Shown here: one piece after another, positions 51,770 to 60,509 of the stretch
Numbering within the stretch: the stretch's first letter is position 1
How the letters are laid out: each line of letters begins with the position of its first letter
Source of the DNA: Candidatus Omnitrophota bacterium
Lineage (GTDB): Bacteria; Omnitrophota; Gorgyraeia; Pluralincolimonadales; Pluralincolimonadaceae
DNA length: 64,000 bases
Assembly (NCBI GenBank): GCA_003141835.1
Contig: PLNR01000002.1
Span: forward strand, 78,026-142,025
Direction of reading: 5' to 3'
Notes under the pieces: generated by a model
Databases searched by the model: none
Told to the model about the DNA's origin: nothing
Seen by the model: only the letters and a program-made list of their open reading frames with translations
Position numbers and translations under genes: made by a program

Positions 51770-52873
51770 ATGGACAAATTGATACTGGACGGCCAAAAAT
51801 TGATATGGCACCAGGAGCGCCTCAAGGCCTGGCTCAAGGACGAGAGGATCGCGCCTATAACCATCGACTGCTCATTGACCAGGAGATGCACTTACAGGTG
51901 CGCCTATTGTTACGGCGCGCTGCAGGCCAACGACGAAAAGAAGATGACCAAAGACGTGATATTCAGGTTCCTGGATGACGCGGCCGAGATAGGCGTCAAG
52001 GCGGTGAGCTTTGTTAGCGATGGTGAAAGCACTTGTTCGCCGCATTTTTACGATGCTGTCCTGAGAGGGAAGGCGAATGGGCTCGACATGGCCGTCGGGA
52101 CGAACGGCTACCTGCTTAAGGAAGAGCGCCTCGAAGAAATATTGCCCGCCCTGACTTATATAAGGTTTAACATATCCGCCGCTGACCCGAAAAGGTACGC
52201 GCAGATACACGGTTGCGGCGAGAAGTGTTTTGAAAAGGTCTGCCGGACCATCCGCGAATGCGTAAGGATAAAAAAGGCGAAGGGGCTGGATGTCACGATC
52301 GGTCTGCAGATGGTCCTTTTGCCGGATTTTATAGACCAGGTGAAACCGCTTGCCAAGCTCGGGAAAGACCTCGGGGTTGATTACACTATTTTTAAACACT
52401 GCAGCGATGATGAGAAGGGGAGCCTTGGCGTCGATTATTCGAAATACAAAAAGTACATCGACGTGCTAAAGGAAGCCGAGAAACTCTCGACGGAAGACTA
52501 TAAGGTTGCCGTCAAGTGGTCGAAGATATTAAGCGATGGAAAGAGGGACTACTGCCGTTGTTACGGCCCGCCTTTCATCATGCAGTTTTCCGGCTCGGGC
52601 CTTGTTGCTCCATGCGGGATGTTATTTAACGAAAAATATTCAAAATACCATATCGGGAACATAGCGGAAAAATCGTTTAAAGAGATATGGCGGAGCGAAC
52701 GCTATTGGGAGGTCATACGCCTGGTCTCCTCGGATAAGTTTGACGCCCGGACGATGTGCGGTACCTTATGCTTACAGCATAAGGTAAACGAATTTTTGTG
52801 GGACCTCAAGAACGGGAAGACCTCCCCTGAAAAACCCGAGGGGAAACCCCCGGCGCATATCAATTTCATATGA
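51770..52873 (+). CDS. Radical SAM enzyme with a SPASM/twitch-like C-terminus, paralog 2 (ends ...PAHINFI).
   Basis: CTYRCAYC. 367 aa. Co-linear with 47892..48959. Confidence 0.7.
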   Translation: MDKLILDGQKLIWHQERLKAWLKDERIAPITIDCSLTRRCTYRCAYCYGALQANDEKKMTKDVIFRFLDDAAEIGVKAVSFVSDGESTCSPHFYDAVLRGKANGLDMAVGTNGYLLKEERLEEILPALTYIRFNISAADPKRYAQIHGCGEKCFEKVCRTIRECVRIKKAKGLDVTIGLQMVLLPDFIDQVKPLAKLGKDLGVDYTIFKHCSDDEKGSLGVDYSKYKKYIDVLKEAEKLSTEDYKVAVKWSKILSDGKRDYCRCYGPPFIMQFSGSGLVAPCGMLFNEKYSKYHIGNIAEKSFKEIWRSERYWEVIRLVSSDKFDARTMCGTLCLQHKVNEFLWDLKNGKTSPEKPEGKPPAHINFI

Positions 52874-53349
52874 ACGCCATATCTCACGCCTTACTGACGT
52901 TTTTTGTCGCCATGCTGGTCCACTTGGCTATCTGGAGGATCCGCTTGCCGAAGAAGAACAGGGCCATCGTCCTGTTGAATGTTTTTTTCTGGACGCTGGT
53001 TTTAGGAGTTATCCTGCTGGAGGGTATTTCAAGCTATACGGATTACATAGTCCTGTATTGCTGCCTGGCCGCTGCTTATATCGTTTCTTACCCGGCTATG
53101 GAGGCCGACAGCCCGTCGCTTGAAATAGTGCGTAACATTGCCAAAGCCGGCGCGTCCGGGCTGGAGAAAGGGGAGCTCTACAGTACAATGACCGACGAGA
53201 AACTGGTAGTCGCAAGGGTCGAAGACCTTTTAAATGACGGCCTGGCCAGGTTGGATTCCGGTAAATATATGCTGACCCCGAAAGGGCGTTTCCTGGCGGG
53301 CGTATTTGTATGGTTTCGCGGGCTCTTGAACGCCCCGAAGGGCGGCTAA
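52870..53349 (+). CDS. Small membrane protein with a possible C-terminal winged-helix-like domain. Paralog A.
   Basis: 159 aa. Three N-terminal TM helices and a soluble C-terminus. Confidence 0.45.
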   Translation: MNAISHALLTFFVAMLVHLAIWRIRLPKKNRAIVLLNVFFWTLVLGVILLEGISSYTDYIVLYCCLAAAYIVSYPAMEADSPSLEIVRNIAKAGASGLEKGELYSTMTDEKLVVARVEDLLNDGLARLDSGKYMLTPKGRFLAGVFVWFRGLLNAPKGG

Positions 53350-53834
53350 GCGGGATGGGCGATAACGGCATGCATATTTTTATTCCTTTTATCGGTTTAG
53401 CGGCGAACAGTCTTGCCCAGGTCGCTGTTTTCAGGTTTTTTCCGAGGATAGGATTGCTGAGGTCCGTGTTTTTCGGGTTTGCGTGCGGATTCATCGCGTC
53501 ATTACTGGTAACACCCGGCGCTATGTCAGCGAGTAATTTCGCGATATACGTCTTGCTTGGTTATTGTTATTTTCATTTTGTCAACATGGGCGAGACCGCC
53601 CGCAGGATACGCATCCTGACGGAATTAGCGGATGCCGGAAACGGCCTTTCGCTGGGAGAGATACTGGGGCGCTATAACTCCAAGGATATCATAGACCGGC
53701 GCCTCACCAGGCTCATCAACAGCGGACAGATAAGATGCGAAAATGGGAGATGCTATACCGGAAACGTAACCGTGCTGGCGATGGCCGGTTTTTTGGCGGC
53801 CGCGAAAAGGATCATTTTTGGTGAAATGCGATGA
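53310..53834 (+). CDS. Small membrane protein. Paralog B of the preceding gene.
   Basis: Same architecture. The true start is probably internal (MGDNGMHIF at about 53355), which would remove the overlap with the preceding gene. Confidence 0.4.
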   Translation: MVSRALERPEGRLSGMGDNGMHIFIPFIGLAANSLAQVAVFRFFPRIGLLRSVFFGFACGFIASLLVTPGAMSASNFAIYVLLGYCYFHFVNMGETARRIRILTELADAGNGLSLGEILGRYNSKDIIDRRLTRLINSGQIRCENGRCYTGNVTVLAMAGFLAAAKRIIFGEMR

Positions 53835-54682
53835 AGCCGATCAAAGTACCCGGTAACTACAATTATATAGCCGTTTTTTTGACGTTCGCCTGCAACCTGA
53901 AATGCAGCTACTGCATAAATAATTTCGAGCAGAAACTGATAAAGAGGAGAGTCGTCCCGGGAAAGGATCTCGTCATCGGGTTGAACAGGATCGTCTCAAG
54001 GGAGGACCTCCCGGTGACCCTTCAAGGCGGAGAGCCCACCTTGCATCCGGATTTTTACTATATCGTCAACAACCTGAAGCCGGAACTTAACATTGATCTC
54101 CTCACGAACCTGCAGTTCGACGCGGACGAGTTCATCGCGAATGTCGATCCGGGCAGGATCAAGAGGGACTCTCCGTACGCGTCGATAAGGGTCAGCTATC
54201 ATCCGGAACAGATGAAACTCGACGATCTCATAAAAAAGACGCTTAAGCTGAAAGACGCGAAATTCAGTGTGGGGATATGGGGAGTTTTGCATCCGGCCTC
54301 GGAGAAGGTCATCCTCGAGGCGATGGAGAGATGCAAAAAACTGGGCATCGATTTCCGCACCAAGGAGTTTTTGGGCGGGCACGAGGGGCGCTTATACGGG
54401 ACGTACAAGTATCCGGGCGCCTTCGACGGGAAGTCCAGGAAGAAAGTGAAATGCAGGACGACAGAATTCCTGATAGACAGCGAGGGCAGCGTTTTCCGGT
54501 GCCACGCAGACCTTTATGCGGGCAAGAACAGGATCGGCAGCATCCTTGACGCGGGGTTTGAGATAGAAAACAAATTCAGGGATTGCGCCGACTTCGGGCA
54601 CTGCAACCCGTGCGACGTAAAGGTCAAGACCAATAGGTTCCAGGAATACGGCCATACCTCCGTAGAAATAGAGATCCCATGA
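53831..54682 (+). CDS. Small radical SAM enzyme with a twitch-like Cys cluster.
   Basis: CNLKCSYC at residues 21-28. C-terminal CRTT...CHAD...C..FGHCNPC. 283 aa. Confidence 0.7.
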   Translation: MKPIKVPGNYNYIAVFLTFACNLKCSYCINNFEQKLIKRRVVPGKDLVIGLNRIVSREDLPVTLQGGEPTLHPDFYYIVNNLKPELNIDLLTNLQFDADEFIANVDPGRIKRDSPYASIRVSYHPEQMKLDDLIKKTLKLKDAKFSVGIWGVLHPASEKVILEAMERCKKLGIDFRTKEFLGGHEGRLYGTYKYPGAFDGKSRKKVKCRTTEFLIDSEGSVFRCHADLYAGKNRIGSILDAGFEIENKFRDCADFGHCNPCDVKVKTNRFQEYGHTSVEIEIP

Positions 54683-56574
54683 TGGCATTACTCCTTCCCG
54701 CGGTCATCGTCATTTCGGGCGCGATTGCGTACCTGAATTCGCTGTTAAATCCTTTTATCTGGGATGATGCATTCCTGATCGCCGCGAACCTGCACATAAG
54801 GTCCCTCGGGTTTATCCCAAGGCTTTTTCTCGAGAACGTCTATCATCAGGATATGGTAGGCAGGTTCTACCGGCCCGTGCTGATGACCAGTTTCGCGTTA
54901 GATTATCATCAATGGGGGCTGGACCCGTTCGGTTACCATATAACTAATATCCTGATACATCTGGGCAACGCGCTGCTCGTGTTCGGTATTATCCGCCTGG
55001 TCTTCCGGAGGAAGCTCCTTGCTTTTTTGACGGCCATGCTGTTTGTATTACACCCTGTCCAGGTCGAGTCAGTGACATATATCTCCGGAAGGGCGGATCT
55101 GCTCGCGGCATTTTTCTGTCTCCTGACCCTTTATTTCTTTATAAGATATGCCGACTTTGGCGGTTACAGGAGAAAGCTTTATTTCGGGGCCTCCGTATTA
55201 TCTTTTTTGTCGGCCCTTTTTTCAAAGGAGTCGGCCGTGGTCTTTCCCTTAATACTCATCTTCTATGAAACTTGTTTTAGGAAAGACGGGATTAAGGGTA
55301 ATAAGTCCTTGAAATACGCATTCTACGCCGCGGCCTTGCTGGTCTTCGGCATCATAAGGCATCTGGTCCTGCTTAATGTTAAAGGCACTTTGACCGCGAG
55401 CGGTTCTTTGCCCCTGTCGGACCGTTTTTGTCTCATCCCGTCCATTATCTTTACGTACATAAAGCTGCTCCTGTTCCCGAAAGGATTGCACATGGAACGA
55501 AGCGACTTTCTGTTCGAGAGGCCGCACTATTTTTTTGACCACCGCGTTATCATCGCCATTTTTGCCCTGATCGCGGTCGCAATATTTGTATGGCTGGTGA
55601 GAAAGCGCCGCAGGGAAGCGCTCTTCGGCTTCGGATGGTTCATCCTCCTGCTCATACCCGTCTTAAACATCATCCCCATAAACGCTTTCATAGCGGAACA
55701 TTGGCTTTACCTCCCTTCCGCCGGTTTTTTCCTTTTATGTTCGTCTGCGCTCATCGGTCTTTTCCGTTTCGAATCGATAAAGCTTTGCATAGCGAGCTTC
55801 ATGGTCGTCATTTTAGTCATGCTGTGCACGCTTACCATAAGGCAGAACTATATATGGAGGGACCCCGTATTCTTTTATAAATATACTTTAAAGTTCTCTC
55901 CCCTGAGCACCCGCCTGCGCACTAATTTAGGCGTCGAATACTTCAATCTTGGCTTATATAAGGATGCGGAGAGGGAATTAAGGCTCGCGCTCGCCGCCGA
56001 ACCGGCAGGCGTAAACGCGGTCAATGACTACATAAACCTCGGGGCCGCGCTTTATTGGCAGGGGAAGAAGAAGGAATCGATGGAGGCTTATGATAACGCC
56101 ATAAGGCTTAAACCGGATTCTCCCCTGGGGTACTGGTTCATGGCTAACATCCTTTTCCATGACAACCAGACGAAGAAAGCCATAGGGTTTTACAAGAAGG
56201 CCGCCGAATTAGTTCCATCCAACGCTTCCTATTGGCTTACGCTGGGCAATGCCTATCAGAAGGATAAGGATCTCAAGGAAGCTGAAGGGGCGTACAAAAA
56301 GGCCATCGCGGCATATCCGGCTTTCTTTGAGGCCAGGATAAACCTGGGCGCCGTTTATTACAGGCAAGGCCTCTTTAAAAAAGCATTCGGGGAATACGGG
56401 GACGCCATGAAGATCGACCCGGAAAGCCCCGAATCTTATTATGGCATCGGGAACATCAGCGCCGCGATCGGGAAGGCCCAAGAGGCCAGGGATTTCTGGG
56501 AAGAGGCGCTTAAAAAGGACCCGAACCATGCCGGCGCGAAAAAGAAACTCGAAAAAGCCGGAAAAAAGAAGTAA
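54679..56574 (+). CDS. TPR-repeat membrane glycosyltransferase, GT-C, TMTC/PMT-like O-mannosyltransferase family.
   Basis: N-terminal multi-TM domain with a DD motif in the first loop (NPFIWDDAFLIA). C-terminal roughly 200 aa of TPR repeats. 631 aa. Confidence 0.55.
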   Translation: MMALLLPAVIVISGAIAYLNSLLNPFIWDDAFLIAANLHIRSLGFIPRLFLENVYHQDMVGRFYRPVLMTSFALDYHQWGLDPFGYHITNILIHLGNALLVFGIIRLVFRRKLLAFLTAMLFVLHPVQVESVTYISGRADLLAAFFCLLTLYFFIRYADFGGYRRKLYFGASVLSFLSALFSKESAVVFPLILIFYETCFRKDGIKGNKSLKYAFYAAALLVFGIIRHLVLLNVKGTLTASGSLPLSDRFCLIPSIIFTYIKLLLFPKGLHMERSDFLFERPHYFFDHRVIIAIFALIAVAIFVWLVRKRRREALFGFGWFILLLIPVLNIIPINAFIAEHWLYLPSAGFFLLCSSALIGLFRFESIKLCIASFMVVILVMLCTLTIRQNYIWRDPVFFYKYTLKFSPLSTRLRTNLGVEYFNLGLYKDAERELRLALAAEPAGVNAVNDYINLGAALYWQGKKKESMEAYDNAIRLKPDSPLGYWFMANILFHDNQTKKAIGFYKKAAELVPSNASYWLTLGNAYQKDKDLKEAEGAYKKAIAAYPAFFEARINLGAVYYRQGLFKKAFGEYGDAMKIDPESPESYYGIGNISAAIGKAQEARDFWEEALKKDPNHAGAKKKLEKAGKKK

Positions 56575-56582
56575 CCATCTTG

Positions 56583-56611
56583 TTGACAAATGGGCCTATA
56601 TGTAATAAAAT
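56583..56611 (+). promoter_or_regulatory. Sigma70-type promoter for ndk.
   Basis: TTGACA (56583-56588), a 17-nt spacer, then TAAAAT (56606-56611). The SD AAGGA and the ATG at 56641 follow. Confidence 0.5.
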
Positions 56612-56640
56612 CTAGGTTTACATAAAAAGGAAAACCGAAT

Positions 56641-57144
56641 ATGGAACAGAAAACCTTGGTAGTGATCAAGCCCGACGGACTGAAGAAATCCCTGACCGGT
56701 AACATATTGACTCGGTTGTCGGAAACGAAGCTTGAGATCGTCTCGGCAAAGATAATACGGGTAAGCAGGGAACTGGCGGTAGAGCATTACAAGCATATGA
56801 AGGATAGGCCCTTCTTTGAGGAGCTCGTAAAATATATACAGGGCGAGCTACACGAGAGGCGTAAGGTCATGGCCATGGTCTATTGGGGTGATGACGCCAT
56901 AAGTAAAGTTAGGAAGCTTGCCGGTTCCACGAACCCCGAAGAGGCCGATCCTACGACCATCCGCGGTTCATACGGCCGCATCACCACGAAAGGGCTTTAC
57001 GAGAACGTGATACATACGTCCTCGAACGAAGAAGAGGCCGAGCGCGAGATAAAACTCTGGTTCGAGCCGGACGAAATAATAGTGGACCTTTATCCCACCA
57101 AATTCGTGACGCTTACCAACATAACAAAGAGAGTCTGGGAATAA
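56641..57144 (+). CDS. ndk: Nucleoside diphosphate kinase.
   Basis: VVIKPDGL, RPFF, GSTNP and the active-site His context NVIHTS, all aligned to the NDK family. 167 aa. Confidence 0.8.
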   Translation: MEQKTLVVIKPDGLKKSLTGNILTRLSETKLEIVSAKIIRVSRELAVEHYKHMKDRPFFEELVKYIQGELHERRKVMAMVYWGDDAISKVRKLAGSTNPEEADPTTIRGSYGRITTKGLYENVIHTSSNEEEAEREIKLWFEPDEIIVDLYPTKFVTLTNITKRVWE

Positions 57145-58919
57145 TGCTGATACGTTCCGAAGAGATCACCGCCAACAGTTTCCTCGATATCTTCAAGAAG
57201 TTAGTCAAGAAGAAAGAGGCAGCCGGCATAACCGCGGTCCAGAACAACCCCAAAGACCTTTTCGACAGGGCCAAATCTTACGGCATACATTACAAGAACG
57301 GCAGCTGGGGCTGGTCATCAAATATATGGAGCCGCAGTGCGGCCGGCAGCGTTGTCGTAGAGAAAGACGAAGACCTGCGAGCGGAGCATACCCAGCTCAT
57401 GCAGCGCGTACTCGAGCAGATCTTATGCAAGCCGATGGTCCAGGTCGACGCTAACCTCGGCCAGCCCGGCTCGAAGGCGGAGATGAGATGCAGGCTATTT
57501 ATAGATCCCCAATTCCCTGACATCGGTTACCGCTGGAAAGAATTGAATTTCGACGGCGACCCGTCGAAAGAGCCCGACGTGACGCTTTTTTGCATACCGC
57601 ATTATCTTGAAAATCCCAACGTTCCGGGCGGACACGAAATGCTGAGAGTGATCAGGTTCCCCAACCATTCATATTCCATCGTCACCACCAGTTCTTACCA
57701 GGGAGAAGTGAAGAAGGGCTTCCTTTCCCATTGGATATACTATGTTTACAAGAAGGGCGGGACCGGCGAACACGCCAGCCTGAAGGAGTTCACCGCGAAA
57801 CGCATAGACGGGAAAAACAAAAGGATCGTTATGGCCCTGTGGGGCCTTACAGGCAGCGGAAAGTCCACCCATGGCATGTATACCATAAACAGCCACACCG
57901 CCCCGGCCTTCAAAGAAAAATTTGGCATTGATATTTCAAAATATATAACCGAACAGGTGATAAAGAATGACGATATTATAGGCGTATTTGAGGATTGCGT
58001 GGTCAGCCCTGAAAGGGGAGCCTGGACCAAGACCGAGGATCTCGACGACAGCCAGGAAGCGATGTTCAAGGCCGTCTCCTCTCCCCGGGCCCTGCATGAG
58101 AACACCGAGTGGGACGAAAAGGGCGATGTAAGCTTCGACGGGAAACTCCTCCAGTACCACGGTAAGCCCAACCAGAACGCAAGGACCGTCCTTATGCTGG
58201 AGGATACCGGCTATTACGACGGCAGCGTCGATTCGACCGGCCCGCTTAACATGGCGGTCTTCATCAGCCCCGGCTATATATCAGATTACGCCTGGCTCAA
58301 GTTGAACGACCCGGCTTTTGCGGCAAAAGTGCTCGCCGACGGCCGCACGACAGGACATCCGGCGCAGAGCAGGAAAGGGATCGGCGAGGAGAAATACGAA
58401 TCGAGATACTGCCTTCCTTTCACTATGGGCGTCGGGAATGCCGCGCACGTAAAAAGATTCCACGATTTTATCAAGAAGAGGGAGAAGACCGATAACCCGC
58501 TCGAGGTATTCCAGATCAGCACCACAGGAAGAGTGGGCGCAAACTACGATTGGGTAGAAGTGCAGCTCGGTGACAAAAAAGTAAAATTACCGAAGACAAA
58601 GTTCGAGGAGATAGGCGGCAAAATAAGGCCGGTCGGGGGCACGGGGCCCACGATAGAAGAAACGGAATTGTTCCTGTTCCAGGCGGCAAGGGGCGCGGTC
58701 AAGTACGAGCCCCATCCCGTATGGCGCGATAAGGTCCTGGTGCCGGTAGAAGTCGAGGGGCTGTCAAAGGAACGGCTTAAGGAGTTGAACCCGTTCCATT
58801 ACAGGTCTGCCGCAGAGATGAAGCGCCTGCTGAAGGCCCAGATATTGACCAGCAAGTTCTACCTGGAACAGCAGTGCCCGGGCCTCTCCAAGAACATATC
58901 TAACGCGATGGATTTTTAA
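57144..58919 (+). CDS. Phosphoenolpyruvate carboxykinase (ATP)-like protein, divergent.
   Basis: The kinase-1a-like P-loop WGLTGSGKST is preceded by YQGEVKKGFLSHWIY, which resembles the PEPCK-specific YGGEMKKGMFS block. 591 aa. Confidence 0.5.
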   Translation: MLIRSEEITANSFLDIFKKLVKKKEAAGITAVQNNPKDLFDRAKSYGIHYKNGSWGWSSNIWSRSAAGSVVVEKDEDLRAEHTQLMQRVLEQILCKPMVQVDANLGQPGSKAEMRCRLFIDPQFPDIGYRWKELNFDGDPSKEPDVTLFCIPHYLENPNVPGGHEMLRVIRFPNHSYSIVTTSSYQGEVKKGFLSHWIYYVYKKGGTGEHASLKEFTAKRIDGKNKRIVMALWGLTGSGKSTHGMYTINSHTAPAFKEKFGIDISKYITEQVIKNDDIIGVFEDCVVSPERGAWTKTEDLDDSQEAMFKAVSSPRALHENTEWDEKGDVSFDGKLLQYHGKPNQNARTVLMLEDTGYYDGSVDSTGPLNMAVFISPGYISDYAWLKLNDPAFAAKVLADGRTTGHPAQSRKGIGEEKYESRYCLPFTMGVGNAAHVKRFHDFIKKREKTDNPLEVFQISTTGRVGANYDWVEVQLGDKKVKLPKTKFEEIGGKIRPVGGTGPTIEETELFLFQAARGAVKYEPHPVWRDKVLVPVEVEGLSKERLKELNPFHYRSAAEMKRLLKAQILTSKFYLEQQCPGLSKNISNAMDF

Positions 58920-58923
58920 TGAA

Positions 58924-59023
58924 GGCGCGACTTACGGAACGAAGGGAACGTAAGTCGCCGCCTGAATTAATACTTGATACGAAAGAGGCAACATCTTTTT
59001 ATAATAACTTTCGTATCAAGTAT
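58924..59023. repeat. Two consecutive inverted repeats in the pck-like/yicC intergenic region.
   Basis: IR1: GCGACTTACG (58927-58936) and CGTAAGTCGC (58949-58958). IR2: perfect 16-bp arms ATACTTGATACGAAAG (58970-58985) and CTTTCGTATCAAGTAT (59008-59023), with TATAAT (59000-59005) in the 22-nt spacer. Confidence 0.6.
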
Positions 59024-59042
59024 CCGATGAAGGAGGAATGCT

Positions 59043-59924
59043 TTGCTTAGGAGCATGACCGGTTTCGGCCGCGCCGAAACGGCCGCGAAAAACGGCAAGA
59101 TACAGGTAGAGATAAGGACCGTGAACCACAGGTTCTTCGAGGTATCGTCCCGCCTGCCGGAAAATTTCCAGATATTCGAAGACAAGCTGAGGACCGAGAT
59201 AGCGAAGAAAGTAAAGCGCGGGAAGATAAACCTGTCGGTAGTGTATGATAACCAACAGAAGTCAGGGCCGAAGCTCATCATAAACAAGGACCTCGCCCAT
59301 AAATACAAGAAGCTGCTGCTGGACCTGAAACATTCCCTGGGATCTAAAGACGAAATAAACTTTTCCCAGATAATCTCCTTCCCCGGCGTAATAAGCGTAG
59401 AAGAACAGCCCAGGGAAGAAACCAGGCTCTGGCCGCACATCAAGTCTGCCCTGGACAAGGCCCTCTCATCCCTGGTAAAGATGCGCGAAGATGAAGGAAA
59501 GAGGCTCGTTGCGGATATATTAAAGAGGAAGGCCCTGATCTCCAGGAGCCTTGCGGTGATAGAGCACCGCTCTAAACTGACCGTCAGGGAATACCGCGGC
59601 CATCTATTAAAGAAGATAAAAGAGCTCTCCTCCGGGAAGATAACCCTCGACAAGGGAAGGATAGAGCTCGAAGTGGCCCTATTCGCCAAGAATTCCGATA
59701 TCACCGAAGAGGTGACCAGGATAAGATCGCATCTTAAAGGCCTCGTGGAAGCGCTGTACCAGCAGGACGAAGTGGGCAGGAAACTGGATTTCATCGCCCA
59801 GGAATTGCACCGCGAGATAAATACGGTAGGCCAGAAGACGAACGATTACAAGATCGCCCAATTGGCCATCGCCGTAAAAGGCGAGATAGAAAAGATAAGG
59901 GAACAGATCCAGAACATAGAATAG
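59043..59924 (+). CDS. yicC: YicC/YloC family stress-induced protein.
   Basis: N-terminal MLRSMTGFGRAE plus IRTVNHRF. 293 aa. Confidence 0.85.
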   Translation: MLRSMTGFGRAETAAKNGKIQVEIRTVNHRFFEVSSRLPENFQIFEDKLRTEIAKKVKRGKINLSVVYDNQQKSGPKLIINKDLAHKYKKLLLDLKHSLGSKDEINFSQIISFPGVISVEEQPREETRLWPHIKSALDKALSSLVKMREDEGKRLVADILKRKALISRSLAVIEHRSKLTVREYRGHLLKKIKELSSGKITLDKGRIELEVALFAKNSDITEEVTRIRSHLKGLVEALYQQDEVGRKLDFIAQELHREINTVGQKTNDYKIAQLAIAVKGEIEKIREQIQNIE

Positions 59925-59929
59925 GGCCT

Positions 59930-60505
59930 ATGCCTGAGAGAAGGGGACACATTTTCGTCGTTTCAGCGCCGTCGGGAGGCGGCAAGACTTCGCTTGTGAA
60001 AGCCCTTTTGAAAGAAGACAAGGTCATTACCCATCCGGCTTCTTTCACCACGCGGCCCAGGCGCGTAGGCGAGAAAGAAGGCGTCGATTACCGCTTTATT
60101 TCAGAGGATGAATTCAAGCGCCGGCTTAAAAAGAAAGATTTTTTGGAATGGTCCCGCCCCTTCGGGCGGTATTACGCGACGTCAAAGAGCGCCATAACGG
60201 CCAATATCAGCAAGGGCAGGGACGTTATCCTCAGCCTGGATTGTAACGGCGCGAATTTCGTAAAGAAGAATTTCAAGGATTCGACCTCTATCTACATACT
60301 CCCGCCTTCGTTGAAGGCTTTAAGGCAGAGGCTTGTCGGCCGCATGACCGACCATTCCTCCGAGATAAATAAGAGGTTGAGCTGCGCGAAGGCCGATATC
60401 TGCAATATCAGGAAATATGACTACGTGGTAGTCAACGACAGTTTTTCGGAAGCCGTAAAGAAGATCAAATCAATCATCGTCGCGGAAAGACTTAGGGTGA
60501 GGTGA
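59930..60505 (+). CDS. gmk: Guanylate kinase.
   Basis: P-loop SAPSGGGKTS and the ...TTRPRR.GE.EG.DY.F... pattern. 191 aa. Confidence 0.9.
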   Translation: MPERRGHIFVVSAPSGGGKTSLVKALLKEDKVITHPASFTTRPRRVGEKEGVDYRFISEDEFKRRLKKKDFLEWSRPFGRYYATSKSAITANISKGRDVILSLDCNGANFVKKNFKDSTSIYILPPSLKALRQRLVGRMTDHSSEINKRLSCAKADICNIRKYDYVVVNDSFSEAVKKIKSIIVAERLRVR

Positions 60506-60509
60506 AAAA

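Noticed and set aside
27261-56574. The radical SAM cluster as a RiPP (peptide natural product) locus with an unannotated precursor peptide.
   Set aside because: No intergenic gap longer than about 45 nt exists inside the operon. No small ORF with a leader/core-like sequence was seen. The co-encoded GT2, GT9, GT-C, epimerase and E1 genes point to carbohydrate substrates. A protein substrate encoded elsewhere cannot be excluded.
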